Positions 9,171 through 19,774 of a DNA stretch of 38,484 bases are shown in pieces (position 1 is the stretch's first letter; each line of letters opens with the position of its first letter). The stretch spans positions 1 to 38,484 of the forward strand of contig SLIL01000158.1 in assembly GCA_007135645.1 (NCBI GenBank), read 5' to 3'. This stretch comes from Bacteroidales bacterium (lineage in GTDB: Bacteria > Bacteroidota > Bacteroidia > Bacteroidales > UBA7960). The position numbers were made by a program, and so were the translations under genes. The notes under the pieces are model-generated. The model saw only the letters and a list, made by a program, of their open reading frames with translations, did no database searches and was not told the origin of the DNA.

Positions 9171-10314
9171 AGGCACCTCCTTCCTGTTGTTCGGCTTCTT
9201 CTACTTTCCGGCTAACGCTCAGTATTATTCCAATGGCCAGGCTGGTAAACCACAATGAGGTACCACCCATACTCAACAGGGGTAATGGCTGACCGGTAAC
9301 CGGCAGCAGATCTACAGTAACGGCCATGTTGATCATGGCCTGAAAAACAAGGCTAAAAGTAAGCCCTGCGGCCAGAAATGCCCCAAAAGTACCGGGGCTT
9401 CGATGGGCAATGCGCACCCCTCTGAACAGCAGTATCAGGTAAAGCATCAGCACTACAAAACCACCGATCAATCCGTATTCCTCTATAATGATGGCATAAA
9501 TAAAATCAGAAAAGGCCTGTGGCAGAAAGTTCCTCTGGGATGAATTGCCGGGCATTTTTCCGGTAATGCCTCCAGTTGCAATGGCAATCTTTGCCTGGTC
9601 AGACTGATAGGTATCAGAATTTTCCTTGTCCATGAACCGGTCGATACGGGCTTTCCAGGTATACAACCGTCCTGTTTCGGGTGAATTGAAAAGGATCAGC
9701 AGGAAAATACTGAGAAAGAATACCCCGATGCCACTCATGGCTAGAATATACTTAAGGCTGATACGCCCGATAAACATCAGTACCATGGAGGTGGCGAACA
9801 GAATAACCGCGGTTGAAAGGTTGGCCGGTAAAATTAGTCCACAAACAATGATCACCGGAAGGATGACCGGCAGAAATGCCGATTTGAAATCTTTTATCTG
9901 ATCCTGCTTCTTGGTAAGGACCCTTGCAATATACATTATCAAAGCCAGCTTGGCAAAGTCAGAACTCTGGAAGGTAATATTGATTACAGGCAGGGTAAGC
10001 CAGCGATTGGCCTCGTTGATACTGGTTCCCATAACCAGAGTAAACACAAGCAAAGGGATAGCCAGGAACAACGCCAGTTGCGAAAGCCGCGAGTAATAAG
10101 TATATTTTATTTTGTGGGCCACATACATCAGCAGCAACCCAGACACAAGGATAATAAAATGCTTGATAAGATAATACTCCGTATTTCCGGCCTGGAAACG
10201 ATAGGCAAGGGTGCCGGTTGAGCTGTACACCGCCAGGATGGAGAACAGTGACAAGAATGCCACCACAAACCATATCACCTTGTCTCCCTGTAAACGTGCG
10301 AGTATTGCCTTCAT
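9163..10314 (-). CDS. ftsW: SEDS peptidoglycan polymerase FtsW
   Basis: Multi-TM; RWL...FQSSDFAK, SDFIYAII, LLPVTGQPLPLLSMGGTS; lies between murD and murG. Confidence 0.95.
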   Translation of the reverse strand: MKAILARLQGDKVIWFVVAFLSLFSILAVYSSTGTLAYRFQAGNTEYYLIKHFIILVSGLLLMYVAHKIKYTYYSRLSQLALFLAIPLLVFTLVMGTSINEANRWLTLPVINITFQSSDFAKLALIMYIARVLTKKQDQIKDFKSAFLPVILPVIIVCGLILPANLSTAVILFATSMVLMFIGRISLKYILAMSGIGVFFLSIFLLILFNSPETGRLYTWKARIDRFMDKENSDTYQSDQAKIAIATGGITGKMPGNSSQRNFLPQAFSDFIYAIIIEEYGLIGGFVVLMLYLILLFRGVRIAHRSPGTFGAFLAAGLTFSLVFQAMINMAVTVDLLPVTGQPLPLLSMGGTSLWFTSLAIGIILSVSRKVEEAEQQEGGAYA

Positions 10315-10352
10315 TAATTTCTGCTTAACTGTATGATAGAATCCTTTAAATG

Positions 10353-11699
10353 TTACAAATCATAAACCTGCTGTTTGAACTGCCTGCCGCGGTCTTCATA
10401 GTTTTCAAAAAGATCAAAACTGGCACAGGCCGGCGACAGCAGCACTGCATCTCCCGGCTTTCCTATAAAATATGCTGCTTTTACGGCATCTTCTGCACTT
10501 TCAGCCTCCAGGATTACCGGCACCAGAAGCTCAAACGTATTCATGATACGGCTGTTGTCCTTACCAAGGCACACAATGGCTTTTACTTTTTCTTTTACCA
10601 GTGGGATCAATGGCTCGTAGTCATTGCCCTTGTCAATACCCCCTGCAATCCAGATCAGCGGCTTTTTGATGCTTTCAAGGGCATACCAGGTAGAGTTGAC
10701 ATTGGTAGCCTTTGAATCATTGATAAACTCAATTCCTCTCACCATGGCAACATGCTCGAGCCGGTGCTCAATATTCTCAAATTCCGAAAGGCTCTGCTTG
10801 ATCACCTCTTTTCTGATATCCACAAGCCTGGCTGCAATCCCTGAAGCCATGGAATTATAAACATTGTGCTTACCTGTTAAAGACAAATCTTTGATTTCCA
10901 TTTCTATTGTGTCCGCGTTAATATTGATAATAAAAGTTGAATCATTTTTTATGTATGCTCCGCAATGGGAGTCATTTTTACCTGTAAAAGGGATCAGTCG
11001 TGCTCCGATCTTGTTTTTTTCAAGATAACTGCTGATCACCGGATCATCCCTGAAATAAACAAAGGCATCCCGGGGCGTCTGGTTTCGGGCAATGCGAAAC
11101 TTGGATTCTACATAATCCTCAAACCGGTTATTGTAGCGATCCAGGTGATCCGGGGTGATGTTTAACAAAACAGCCACATCGGCTTTGAAGTCAAACATCC
11201 CGTCCAGTTGAAAGCTTGAGATCTCCAGCACATAGTAATCAAAGTCGTTTTCGGCCACCTGCCATGCAAAACTTTTTCCCACGTTTCCTGCCAACCCCAC
11301 ATTGAATCCTGCACTCTTCAGGATATGATAGGTAAGCAGGGTGGTAGTGGTTTTGCCGTTGCTTCCCGTGATGCAAATCTTCCTTGCATTGGTATAGCGG
11401 GCTGCAAATTCAATCTCCGAGACAACGGCAATTCTTCTGCCCAGAGCTTTCTGCACAATGGCTACCCTTTCGGGGATGCCAGGGCTTTTGATGATCTGGC
11501 CTGCATTGAGAATAAGCTCTTCGCTGTGCTTTCCCTCTTCCCAGGTTATTTCATGATCTGAAAGAACGTTTTTGTATTTCTGGTTGATCTGTCCGGCATC
11601 AGAAACAAAAGCCTTCAACCCTTTTTTCTTTGCCAGCATTGCTGCACCCACCCCACTTTCGCCTGCACCCAGTATAGCAATATCATATCTGACAGACAT
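10353..11699 (-). CDS. murD: UDP-MurNAc-L-Ala--D-glutamate ligase
   Basis: GAGESG, ITGSNGKTTT, ISSFQL, NDSKATN, LLSPACASFDLF. Confidence 0.98.
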   Translation of the reverse strand: MSVRYDIAILGAGESGVGAAMLAKKKGLKAFVSDAGQINQKYKNVLSDHEITWEEGKHSEELILNAGQIIKSPGIPERVAIVQKALGRRIAVVSEIEFAARYTNARKICITGSNGKTTTTLLTYHILKSAGFNVGLAGNVGKSFAWQVAENDFDYYVLEISSFQLDGMFDFKADVAVLLNITPDHLDRYNNRFEDYVESKFRIARNQTPRDAFVYFRDDPVISSYLEKNKIGARLIPFTGKNDSHCGAYIKNDSTFIININADTIEMEIKDLSLTGKHNVYNSMASGIAARLVDIRKEVIKQSLSEFENIEHRLEHVAMVRGIEFINDSKATNVNSTWYALESIKKPLIWIAGGIDKGNDYEPLIPLVKEKVKAIVCLGKDNSRIMNTFELLVPVILEAESAEDAVKAAYFIGKPGDAVLLSPACASFDLFENYEDRGRQFKQQVYDL

Positions 11700-11705
11700 C
11701 TCTTT

Positions 11706-12962
11706 TTATCTTACTTTCAGGGTAATGATAGAAATTACCGCAAGCAGGATCCCCACGATGAGGAACCGCTGTACAATCTTCGCTTCATGGTATCCAAGCA
11801 TCTGGTAGTGATGATGCAGGGGAGCCATTTTAAAGATCCTCCTTCCTTCGCCAAACCTCATCCGTGTAAACTTGAACCATCCTACCTGCAACATTACCGA
11901 AACACTCTCAACCAGGAATATCCCGCACATTATGGGAATAAGAAGCTCTTTACGAATACTTATGGCAAAAACGGCAATAATCCCTCCCAGTGCCAGACTG
12001 CCGGTATCGCCCATAAACACCTGTGCCGGGTAGGAATTGTACCACATAAAGCCAATACATGCCCCCACGAAAGCCGCGATAAACACTACCATTTCTCCAG
12101 TGTTGGGGATATACATAATGTTGAGATAGTCAGAAAAGATCACGTTGCCCGATACATAGGCCAGCACACCCAGCGCCACACCAATGATTGCCGAGGTGCC
12201 TGTTGCCAGGCCATCCAGGCCATCGGTCATGTTGGCCCCGTTGGATACCGCCGTAATGATCAGGATTACGATAGGGATAAATATCAGGTAGGTCCACCGT
12301 TCGTATCCATTGCCCATCCAGCTGATCAGAACAGAATAGTCAAATTCATTATCTTTAAAAAATGGAATTGTTGTTTTGGTAGATTTTACTGTCTCTTTTA
12401 TGGATGCATCCCTTTCGCGCATCATGCCATCAAGCTCAAGCAACTCCGTGCTGGTTACAAACTGAAAATCGGGTACCACTGTTTCCCTGATCACTACTGA
12501 ATCATTGAAATACAAAATACTCCCTACGATGATCCCAAGACCGATCTGCCCAAGGATCTTAAACTTTCCATGCAATCCCTTCTTATCTTTCCGGAACACT
12601 TTGATGTAATCATCAAGAAAACCGATGGCGCCAAGCCACAAGGTTGAAAACAGGAGTAACAGCACATATACATTTTTCAGGTTGGCAAACAGAACACCGG
12701 GAATAACGATGGATGCAATAATAATGATCCCTCCCATGGTTGGGGTTCCCTGTTTCTGCATCTGACCTTCGAGGCCAAGGTTGCGAATGGTTTCTCCCAC
12801 CTGCTTTTTCTGAAGATACCCGATGATCCTCTTGCCAAAGATCATGGAGATAAAAAGCGATAAGATCATGGCCATACCGGCCCTGAAAGAGATGTACTGA
12901 AACAACCCTGTTCCGGGAATATCAAACGCTTGATCGAGATATGCAAAAATATGATACAGCAT
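11706..12962 (-). CDS. mraY: Phospho-MurNAc-pentapeptide transferase
   Basis: [45 protein letters not shown]. Confidence 0.98.
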   Translation of the reverse strand: MLYHIFAYLDQAFDIPGTGLFQYISFRAGMAMILSLFISMIFGKRIIGYLQKKQVGETIRNLGLEGQMQKQGTPTMGGIIIIASIVIPGVLFANLKNVYVLLLLFSTLWLGAIGFLDDYIKVFRKDKKGLHGKFKILGQIGLGIIVGSILYFNDSVVIRETVVPDFQFVTSTELLELDGMMRERDASIKETVKSTKTTIPFFKDNEFDYSVLISWMGNGYERWTYLIFIPIVILIITAVSNGANMTDGLDGLATGTSAIIGVALGVLAYVSGNVIFSDYLNIMYIPNTGEMVVFIAAFVGACIGFMWYNSYPAQVFMGDTGSLALGGIIAVFAISIRKELLIPIMCGIFLVESVSVMLQVGWFKFTRMRFGEGRRIFKMAPLHHHYQMLGYHEAKIVQRFLIVGILLAVISIITLKVR

Positions 12963-12977
12963 GTTTTTATATTTTTA

Positions 12978-14429
12978 TCAGGCCAGGGCCTCTTTAAGTT
13001 CAAGTTTATCATCAAAGGAATATCTTACCCCTTTTATCTCCTGGTACTTCTCGTGGCCTTTACCGGCCACAAGTATCAGGTCTCCTTCTCCTGCAAGGGC
13101 TGCTGCTGTTTTAATGGCCTCTTTCCTGTTTTCAATCACCAGGGTTTTTTTTGCAGCGGTAAACTCAATCCCCTTTTTCATATCCTCGATAATTGCGCCA
13201 GGCTCCTCAAACCGCGGGTTGTCGCTGGTAAGGATCACTGTATCGCTGTAATTGGCCGCAATGGCTGCCATGGCAGGACGTTTTTCTGCATCGCGGTTAC
13301 CGCCACACCCCACCACCGTGATCACCTTCTCCTTGCCTGTTCGCAGGCCCGAAATGGTTTTCAGTACATTTTCCAGGGCATCGGGCGTGTGGGCATAATC
13401 CACAATTCCCGTTACATTATGATCATTGATAAAATAGTCAAAACGCCCTTCAACCGGTGCCAGATGGCTTACGGCTGTAAGTGCCTCATCGGCTTCCAGA
13501 CCCAGCAAACGGCTGCATGCGTAAATAGCCATCAGATTGCTTGCATTGAACTCGCCCACCAGTCTGCAAAAAACTTCCCGCCCCTCAATCTGCATCACCA
13601 GGCCGCTAAGCAGGTTCTCTGTAACCTTTCCTTTGTAATCAGCCATGTTTTTTAATCCGTAGGAATATTTTCTGGCTACCGTATTCTGAAGCATTACAGC
13701 ACCATTCTTATCATCGCTGTTGGTAAGGGCAAATGCCTTTTTACCAAGGGTATCAAAAAATGCTTTTTTTGTATTGAGATACTCCCTGAACGTTTTGTGA
13801 TAGTCAAGATGATCGTGGGTAAGGTTGGTGAAGATCCCTCCGTAAAAACGAACACCCTCCACTCTTTTCTGGTGGATGGCATGCGAACTCACCTCCATGA
13901 AACAGTACTCACATCCTTTTTCAAGCATGGAGGCAAAAAGCCGGTTGAGCTCAATAGAATCAGGCGTAGTATAGGCTGCCGGAATCACCTCATCATCTGT
14001 TTTATTCAAAATGGTAGATATGAGACCACATTTATACCCTGCATTCATAAACAACTGATAGAGTAATGTCGCAATGGTTGTTTTGCCATTGGTACCTGTA
14101 ACACCTATTACTTTTAACCGCTCAGAAGGATTATCGTAAAAATTGGCCGCAATTTGTGCCATGGCAATAGCCGTATCGGCAACTTTTACATAGGTTACCC
14201 CATCCTGCTTCTGATCAGGGATATTGTTGCAGACAACTGCCACAGCTCCTGCTTCTGCTGCAACAGGGATGAAGGTATGACCATCGCTGGTGAGTCCTTT
14301 CAAAGCAACAAACAAGGATCCCTTGCTCACTTTTCGTGAGTCGTGAATAATGTCTTTTACCTCAATAACAGTTGAACCGCTTATCTCCTGCAGTTCACAC
14401 TTATATAATATGTCGGTTAACAGTTTCAA
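12978..14429 (-). CDS. murE: UDP-MurNAc-dipeptide--meso-diaminopimelate ligase (TTG start)
   Basis: VTGTNGKTT, MEVSSH, DYAHTPDAL, DNPR (mDAP-specific motif), AGKGHE. Confidence 0.97.
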   Translation of the reverse strand: MKLLTDILYKCELQEISGSTVIEVKDIIHDSRKVSKGSLFVALKGLTSDGHTFIPVAAEAGAVAVVCNNIPDQKQDGVTYVKVADTAIAMAQIAANFYDNPSERLKVIGVTGTNGKTTIATLLYQLFMNAGYKCGLISTILNKTDDEVIPAAYTTPDSIELNRLFASMLEKGCEYCFMEVSSHAIHQKRVEGVRFYGGIFTNLTHDHLDYHKTFREYLNTKKAFFDTLGKKAFALTNSDDKNGAVMLQNTVARKYSYGLKNMADYKGKVTENLLSGLVMQIEGREVFCRLVGEFNASNLMAIYACSRLLGLEADEALTAVSHLAPVEGRFDYFINDHNVTGIVDYAHTPDALENVLKTISGLRTGKEKVITVVGCGGNRDAEKRPAMAAIAANYSDTVILTSDNPRFEEPGAIIEDMKKGIEFTAAKKTLVIENRKEAIKTAAALAGEGDLILVAGKGHEKYQEIKGVRYSFDDKLELKEALA

Positions 14430-14445
14430 GATTCTGTTGTAGATT

Positions 14446-16557
14446 TTAAGATAACTGAATTACAATAACATTGCCCGGCACTATACGTGTACCCGGCCTT
14501 ATACTCTGTGATCTTACCATGCCTCTGCCAGTAAATCTGACCCTCAACCCTGAATTCTCAAGAAGGTACAAGGCGTCTCTCAGCCCCATTCCCACCACGT
14601 CAGGAACCAGGTTGGGAATCATTTCACGGTCGGCAATCCTGATGGTATCACCAGTTAGAGCCCTTGCATTCACCCAGTCTGTCTGTTGCTCACCTTCCCA
14701 ATGGATACGGCGGTTAAACACGGAGTAAATATTTTTTAATTCGCTCATCTGGCCGGCCATTCTGTCGGGCAGTGAAGCCATAACCGGAGCTTCCAGGTAA
14801 TTATCATTGACATTGAGTTGAGTGGCGTAGATCTTATCGGCTATCTCCCTGAAAACGGGTGCCGCCACCTGGCTTCCGGTAAATACCCACCCTTTAGGGT
14901 CGTGCACCACTACAATCATGGAATACACGGGATTATCGGCCGGGAAATACCCTGCAAAAGAAGCCCTGTACCTTACCCGGTCTCCAGAACGGTATCCTCC
15001 GGTAGGGTTGGCTACCAGGGCGGTACCGGTTTTTCCTGCGATTTTGTATACCGGAGTATGGATGCGTGATGCCGTGCCGGTATCCACCACCATTTCGAGC
15101 ATTTTTTTCACCTGCTCCAGGGTAGACTGCGAGCAAATGGAGCGTTTCAGCACCTTCGGTTCAAATCGCTCAATAGTGCGCCCTGTTTGCCTGATCTCCT
15201 CCACAAACATGGGTTTCATCATCCGGCCATTGTTGGCAACGGCGTTGTACAATGTAAGTAACTGCAGAGGAGTAACCGAAACATTGTATCCAATAGACAT
15301 GGATGGTAGCGTTACCCCTGACCAGGCCGATGATTCGGGCTCGGGGATAAATGGTCTGCCTTCGCCCCTGATCTCAATACCCAGCGTCTGGTCCAGCCTC
15401 ATATTTTTAAGATGCTGCACAAAGCGTTGCGGGTTGCGGCGATAGGTATCATGCACCAGCATCGCGGTACCCACATTGGAAGAAAGGGCAAATACCTCTG
15501 CAACGCTAATGGTTCCGAACCCCCCTTCGCGGGCATCGCGCATAACCCTGTCAGCAAAGGTTACCCTGCCATCTCCAGTATGCACAAGCTCATCGGGGGT
15601 CACTGCTCCGTCTTCCAGCAGGGCAATCATGCTGGCAAGTTTAAAGGTTGAACCAGGCTCGGCACTCTCGCCAATGGCATAATTGAAGGTTTCTTCATAC
15701 CTGCCATGCTGATTACGGGTAAGATTGCTGATGGCTTTCACCTTGCCGGTGGCAACCTCCATAACCACTGCTGTACCATGCTGTGCCTGTGATCGTTCCA
15801 GTTGCTTCTTCAGGGCACTTTCCACGATATCCTGCATATGGATATTCAGGGTGGTGATAACATCCTTTCCGTTTTGGGTCCTGATCTCATTTTCATCATT
15901 TACGGGCATCCAGTTGCCACCACTGATTCGCTGCATGAGCCGCTTGCCCTGTACTCCTTCAAGGTACTCCCTGTAGGCTCCTTCAAGTCCCACGTACACC
16001 CCTTCGCGCTCATAGCCAATGGTGCGTGCAGCAAGGCTCTGGAAAGGTGTTTCGCGCCGGTTGCGCTCCACCACCACCAAACCGCCCCTGAACCGGCCCA
16101 GCCGGAATATGGGGAACTCCCTCAGTTCAACCAGCTGATGATACGATACATTTCGTTTTACCAGAAAGTACCTCTCCTGATTGCGCCGGGCCTGCGTAAG
16201 CATGCGACGATAGTCGGCCTGCGACCGATCGCGGAATAAACGCGAGAGCATGAGTGAGAGAGAGTCGATGCCCTGGTTGAATACCTGATCCGAGACCACA
16301 CTTCTGTGCATATCCATCCTGACCTCATAAACCGGCACACTGGTGGCCAGCAAGCGCCCATCATCAGCCAGGATATCACCCCTTACCGCATCAATGCTTA
16401 CATATCGCATAGTACTGCTGCGGGCGAGCTCTTTCCATTGCTCCCCCTCAACAAACTGAATGTAGGCCACACGCACGAGGATAATAATCCCAAAGGTTAC
16501 TGTAAGAAAGTAAACCAGGTAAATTCTCCACAATATGTCGCTTTTCTTATTGGTCAT
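14446..16557 (-). CDS. ftsI: Class B penicillin-binding protein FtsI with C-terminal PASTA domain
   Basis: EPGSTFK (SxxK), SSNVG (SxN), GKTGT (KTG); VPDVVGMGLRDA PASTA. Confidence 0.96.
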   Translation of the reverse strand: MTNKKSDILWRIYLVYFLTVTFGIIILVRVAYIQFVEGEQWKELARSSTMRYVSIDAVRGDILADDGRLLATSVPVYEVRMDMHRSVVSDQVFNQGIDSLSLMLSRLFRDRSQADYRRMLTQARRNQERYFLVKRNVSYHQLVELREFPIFRLGRFRGGLVVVERNRRETPFQSLAARTIGYEREGVYVGLEGAYREYLEGVQGKRLMQRISGGNWMPVNDENEIRTQNGKDVITTLNIHMQDIVESALKKQLERSQAQHGTAVVMEVATGKVKAISNLTRNQHGRYEETFNYAIGESAEPGSTFKLASMIALLEDGAVTPDELVHTGDGRVTFADRVMRDAREGGFGTISVAEVFALSSNVGTAMLVHDTYRRNPQRFVQHLKNMRLDQTLGIEIRGEGRPFIPEPESSAWSGVTLPSMSIGYNVSVTPLQLLTLYNAVANNGRMMKPMFVEEIRQTGRTIERFEPKVLKRSICSQSTLEQVKKMLEMVVDTGTASRIHTPVYKIAGKTGTALVANPTGGYRSGDRVRYRASFAGYFPADNPVYSMIVVVHDPKGWVFTGSQVAAPVFREIADKIYATQLNVNDNYLEAPVMASLPDRMAGQMSELKNIYSVFNRRIHWEGEQQTDWVNARALTGDTIRIADREMIPNLVPDVVGMGLRDALYLLENSGLRVRFTGRGMVRSQSIRPGTRIVPGNVIVIQLS

Positions 16558-16594
16558 TGAAGGTTATTATCCTTAAGCTTGTTTCATCAATTAA

Positions 16595-17008
16595 TTAATG
16601 TCGTCCTCTGAATATCCTGAGCAGAAAGCTTCTTTGCCTTTTTTCTTCCTGCACGATACGCGGAGGCACAGTTGATTCAATATATCCTTTGCTGGCCAGC
16701 CTGCGGGCTATCTCCGACTGATTGCTTAAATGCATCAGCTCAGCCTTGTTGGAAATATAAATAATACGCAGCTCCGTTACTTCATTTCGCATCGCTTCAA
16801 TCTGCCTTACCTTTTTCTCTGCATAATAGGTGTTGGCAATGAGCAATACCGAAAGAAAGGTCAGGAAAATAACAAAGGGAAACAGTCCGGGCGATTTCTC
16901 AAAGGTGAGATAACTTCCGTTGAGCATGGACTGGAAAACACTGTTTCCTTTGCTCTCCTTATTGGAAGAAGGCTCCTTAACAGGTTCTTTATATGTGTTT
17001 TCGGCCAT
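16595..17008 (-). CDS. ftsL: FtsL-like cell division protein
   Basis: Single TM followed by a coiled coil; lies between rsmH and ftsI. Confidence 0.85.
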   Translation of the reverse strand: MAENTYKEPVKEPSSNKESKGNSVFQSMLNGSYLTFEKSPGLFPFVIFLTFLSVLLIANTYYAEKKVRQIEAMRNEVTELRIIYISNKAELMHLSNQSEIARRLASKGYIESTVPPRIVQEEKRQRSFLLRIFRGRH

Positions 17009-17010
17009 AA

Positions 17011-17907
17011 TCAGTTTATTTTTTCTGCAATTCTTAGTTTCGCACTCCTGGATCTTGGATTCCGTTCCTGCTCTTCTTCATCCGGTACAATCAGTTTCCC
17101 AACTGGTTTTACCGGAGATAATACATTCCCGAAAAAGTCTTTTTCCACTTCACCAAGAAAATTACCTGATCTCATAAAGTTTTTCACCAACCGGTCCTCA
17201 AGGGAATGGTAAGAGATCACTACCAGTCTCCCTCCGGGCTTCAATACCTCGAGGCTATTTTCCAGAAGCTCTTTGAGCGATTCCAGCTCATTGTTTACCT
17301 CAATCCTGAGGGCCTGAAAAACCTGCGCAAAGAACTTATTTTCCTTACCCCTCGCGGCAAACTTTTGCAGCACATTTTTTAATTCGCCGGTTGTGGTCAG
17401 AGGTACGTTTTTTCTCTGAAAAACAATCTCTGATGCAATCCGCCGTGCACTTTTCAACTCGCCATACAACCGGAAGACTTCGGTAAGCTTTTCCTGGTCA
17501 TACTCATTGAGTACCCTCTCTGCCGTGAGGTCATTCTTTTTATCCATCCGCATATCCAGCGGACCATCAAAGCGTGTGGAAAAACCTCTTTCGGCCTGAT
17601 CGATCTGCCAGGATGAGATCCCCAGATCAGCAAGGATCCCGTCAACAGGTATTACCTTGTACAACTTCAGGAAGTTTTTGATGTACCTGAAGTTTTCATT
17701 GATAAAGATCAGGCTATCAGATTTGGGCAGATTCTTCCGTACATCAGGATCCTGATCAAATGCTATCAACTGGCCGGATCCTAACTTTTCGAGAATTTTT
17801 GCAGAATGACCCCCTCCACCATAAGTTACGTCAACATATACACCATCGGGGTTTATTTCCAGACCATCAATGCATTCATTCAGCAATACCGGTACATGAT
17901 AAGTCAT
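17011..17907 (-). CDS. rsmH: 16S rRNA m4C1402 methyltransferase
   Basis: HVPVLL, DVTYGGGGHS, DGPLDMRM, SYHSLEDRLVK, NPRSRSAKLR. Confidence 0.99.
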   Translation of the reverse strand: MTYHVPVLLNECIDGLEINPDGVYVDVTYGGGGHSAKILEKLGSGQLIAFDQDPDVRKNLPKSDSLIFINENFRYIKNFLKLYKVIPVDGILADLGISSWQIDQAERGFSTRFDGPLDMRMDKKNDLTAERVLNEYDQEKLTEVFRLYGELKSARRIASEIVFQRKNVPLTTTGELKNVLQKFAARGKENKFFAQVFQALRIEVNNELESLKELLENSLEVLKPGGRLVVISYHSLEDRLVKNFMRSGNFLGEVEKDFFGNVLSPVKPVGKLIVPDEEEQERNPRSRSAKLRIAEKIN

Positions 17908-18377
17908 GGTGTTTCCGGTTTTTCATTGATCCGCCCCATCACTTCCTCTGCAAGATCAGAAAATGCTTCTGGTTCTGCATCGGCGTCAAGGGCACTTTCA
18001 TACAATTCTTTCGACCAGATCTCTATCCGGTTGGCAAAGGCAAACAGTACCAGCTCTTTGTCAATAGCTGCGTAGTCAAGGAGCGTTTTGGGCAATAGCA
18101 AACGGTTGGCCGAGTCGCAAACAAGCTCCGAGGCCCCCCGGTAAAAATATCTTACAAATTCACGGTTTTTCTTGCTGTACAGGTTCAGTGAATTGATCTC
18201 CCGTGTGATTTTTTGCCATTCACTATCGGGATAAAGGGTAAGATTTTTTTCAAACCCACGATTGATGACAAACCGGTCCCTGTCAGCTTCCTGAAGCTGC
18301 TTCTTGAGCCCGGCCGGTAACATAAACCGGCCTTTAGCGTCAATCTTGCATATATATTCGCCAAAGAGGTTTGCCAT
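17904..18377 (-). CDS. mraZ: Transcriptional repressor MraZ
   Basis: GEYICKIDAKGRFMLP and second repeat DSANRLLLP; first gene of dcw. Confidence 0.97.
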   Translation of the reverse strand: MANLFGEYICKIDAKGRFMLPAGLKKQLQEADRDRFVINRGFEKNLTLYPDSEWQKITREINSLNLYSKKNREFVRYFYRGASELVCDSANRLLLPKTLLDYAAIDKELVLFAFANRIEIWSKELYESALDADAEPEAFSDLAEEVMGRINEKPETP

Positions 18378-18420
18378 TTCGACTTACACTGTACAGTTTG
18401 AAAGTGTAAATATAAAGCAT

Positions 18421-18451
18421 TTTTTCCCACTTTTTACCACTTTTTACCACA
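18421..18451 (-). promoter_or_regulatory. MraZ operator: three GTGG repeats with 10-bp periodicity
   Basis: Minus strand reads GTGGTAAAAA-GTGGTAAAAA-GTGGGAAAAA, 44-74 nt upstream of mraZ; matches the established GTGG-N6 MraZ box spacing. Confidence 0.88.
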
Positions 18452-18809
18452 TTGTTAATAACTTTTCCGCAATTGAAGGGTATTGCAGGCAGCGCCAATT
18501 ATTTACTACATTGTTTTTCAGAGCTTTAGCTACAGTGGAGAAAAAATAGCTTCATCGAATTTTCTACATAACCCATTTCCCATTGCGCTGCTAATGCCCT
18601 TTATATCCGGAAAAAAACATTTTGCGGGCGCTATGGAGCTGTATTTTAACACTTTGCTAATGAATTTTAAAAACAGGAATCAGAAAGGATTTGCCAAACA
18701 ATAATACCTTCCGGTAATTAGTTCGAATTAAAGAAATATGCCATATGGATTGAAATAGCCTCTTTGGGCTATTATTGATCAAAAACAAACTATGGTAAAA
18801 AAAAATGGT

Positions 18810-18817
18810 TAATTTTG
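18810..18817 (+). promoter_or_regulatory. Putative -7 element (TAATTTTG) for the acyltransferase-yihA unit
   Basis: TAnnTTTG ending 28 nt before the ATG at 18846. Confidence 0.55.
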
Positions 18818-18845
18818 TTTCCTTAGGCAGAAATGAATTAAACAT

Positions 18846-19712
18846 ATGGATGATACCCCAATGGTGGCAACAGAAACGCCGGCAAAAAAGAACTTTATTG
18901 ATCTTGACGAGGTTTTCAGAAAAAAAGGCAGAAAACTCTACCCCATTATCCCTAAATTTTTAATCAATTATCTGAAAAGGGTTATTCATGAGGATGAATT
19001 GAATGAAGCATTGAATAAATATGAAAGCAAGATGGGGCTCGATTTCATTGAATCCATTCTAACGGAACGCTTTACAGTAGATATTGAAGTCAAAAATCTT
19101 GAAAACCTTCCGGCCACGGGGCGCTATATCATCGCGTCCAACCACCCCCTTGGCGGACTGGATGGTATGGCCCTGATGCATGTTGTTGGCAAGAAAAGAA
19201 AAGACATTAAGTTTATTGTAAATGACATCCTTCTTGAATTAAAAAACCTGAATGAGTTGTTTGTGCCGGTAAACAAGCATGGACGCAACAGCATTGAAAG
19301 CGTAAAAATTATTGAGAGTTTATATGAATCAGACGACCTGGTACTGATCTTTCCGGCAGGGCTTGTTTCCAGGAAACAAAAAGGGGGCATCATTAAAGAT
19401 CTGCACTGGAAGAAAAGCTTTATCAGCAAGGCCATAAAGCATAAGAGAGACATCATTCCGGTATATATTGAAGGGAAAAACTCAGCCTTTTTTTACAACC
19501 TGGCCCGCATTCGCAAAATGATCGGGATAAAAGGGAACATTGAAATGCTTTATCTTCCTGACGAGATGTTTAAACAGGCTGATAAAAGCATGACCATTAC
19601 TTTTGGCAAGCCTCTGCCTTACAACATATTTACCAAAAGCCAGACCCACGATCAATGGGCACAGTGGGTAAAAGAAAAGGTTTATGAACTTGCCCATGAG
19701 CCAACCATCTGA
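18846..19712 (+). CDS. PlsC-superfamily acyltransferase (GlsA/OlsA-like O-acyltransferase candidate)
   Basis: NHPLGGLDG (HxxxxD-type) and FPAGLVSR; paired with the downstream GNAT. Confidence 0.85.
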   Translation: MDDTPMVATETPAKKNFIDLDEVFRKKGRKLYPIIPKFLINYLKRVIHEDELNEALNKYESKMGLDFIESILTERFTVDIEVKNLENLPATGRYIIASNHPLGGLDGMALMHVVGKKRKDIKFIVNDILLELKNLNELFVPVNKHGRNSIESVKIIESLYESDDLVLIFPAGLVSRKQKGGIIKDLHWKKSFISKAIKHKRDIIPVYIEGKNSAFFYNLARIRKMIGIKGNIEMLYLPDEMFKQADKSMTITFGKPLPYNIFTKSQTHDQWAQWVKEKVYELAHEPTI

Positions 19713-19774
19713 ATCCATTAACAATCCGTATAACAGAAAAAACAAAACAACCCATAAAACTTAAAACTACTATT

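Noticed and set aside
11787-13655. 237-aa and 241-aa plus-strand ORFs
   Set aside because: Antisense shadows of mraY and murE.
11706-14429. murF missing between murE and mraY
   Set aside because: Normal for Bacteroidota dcw clusters; murF is usually elsewhere.
18421-18451. 10-bp tandem repeat as a novel repeat or CRISPR
   Set aside because: Explained by the known MraZ operator; no spacers.
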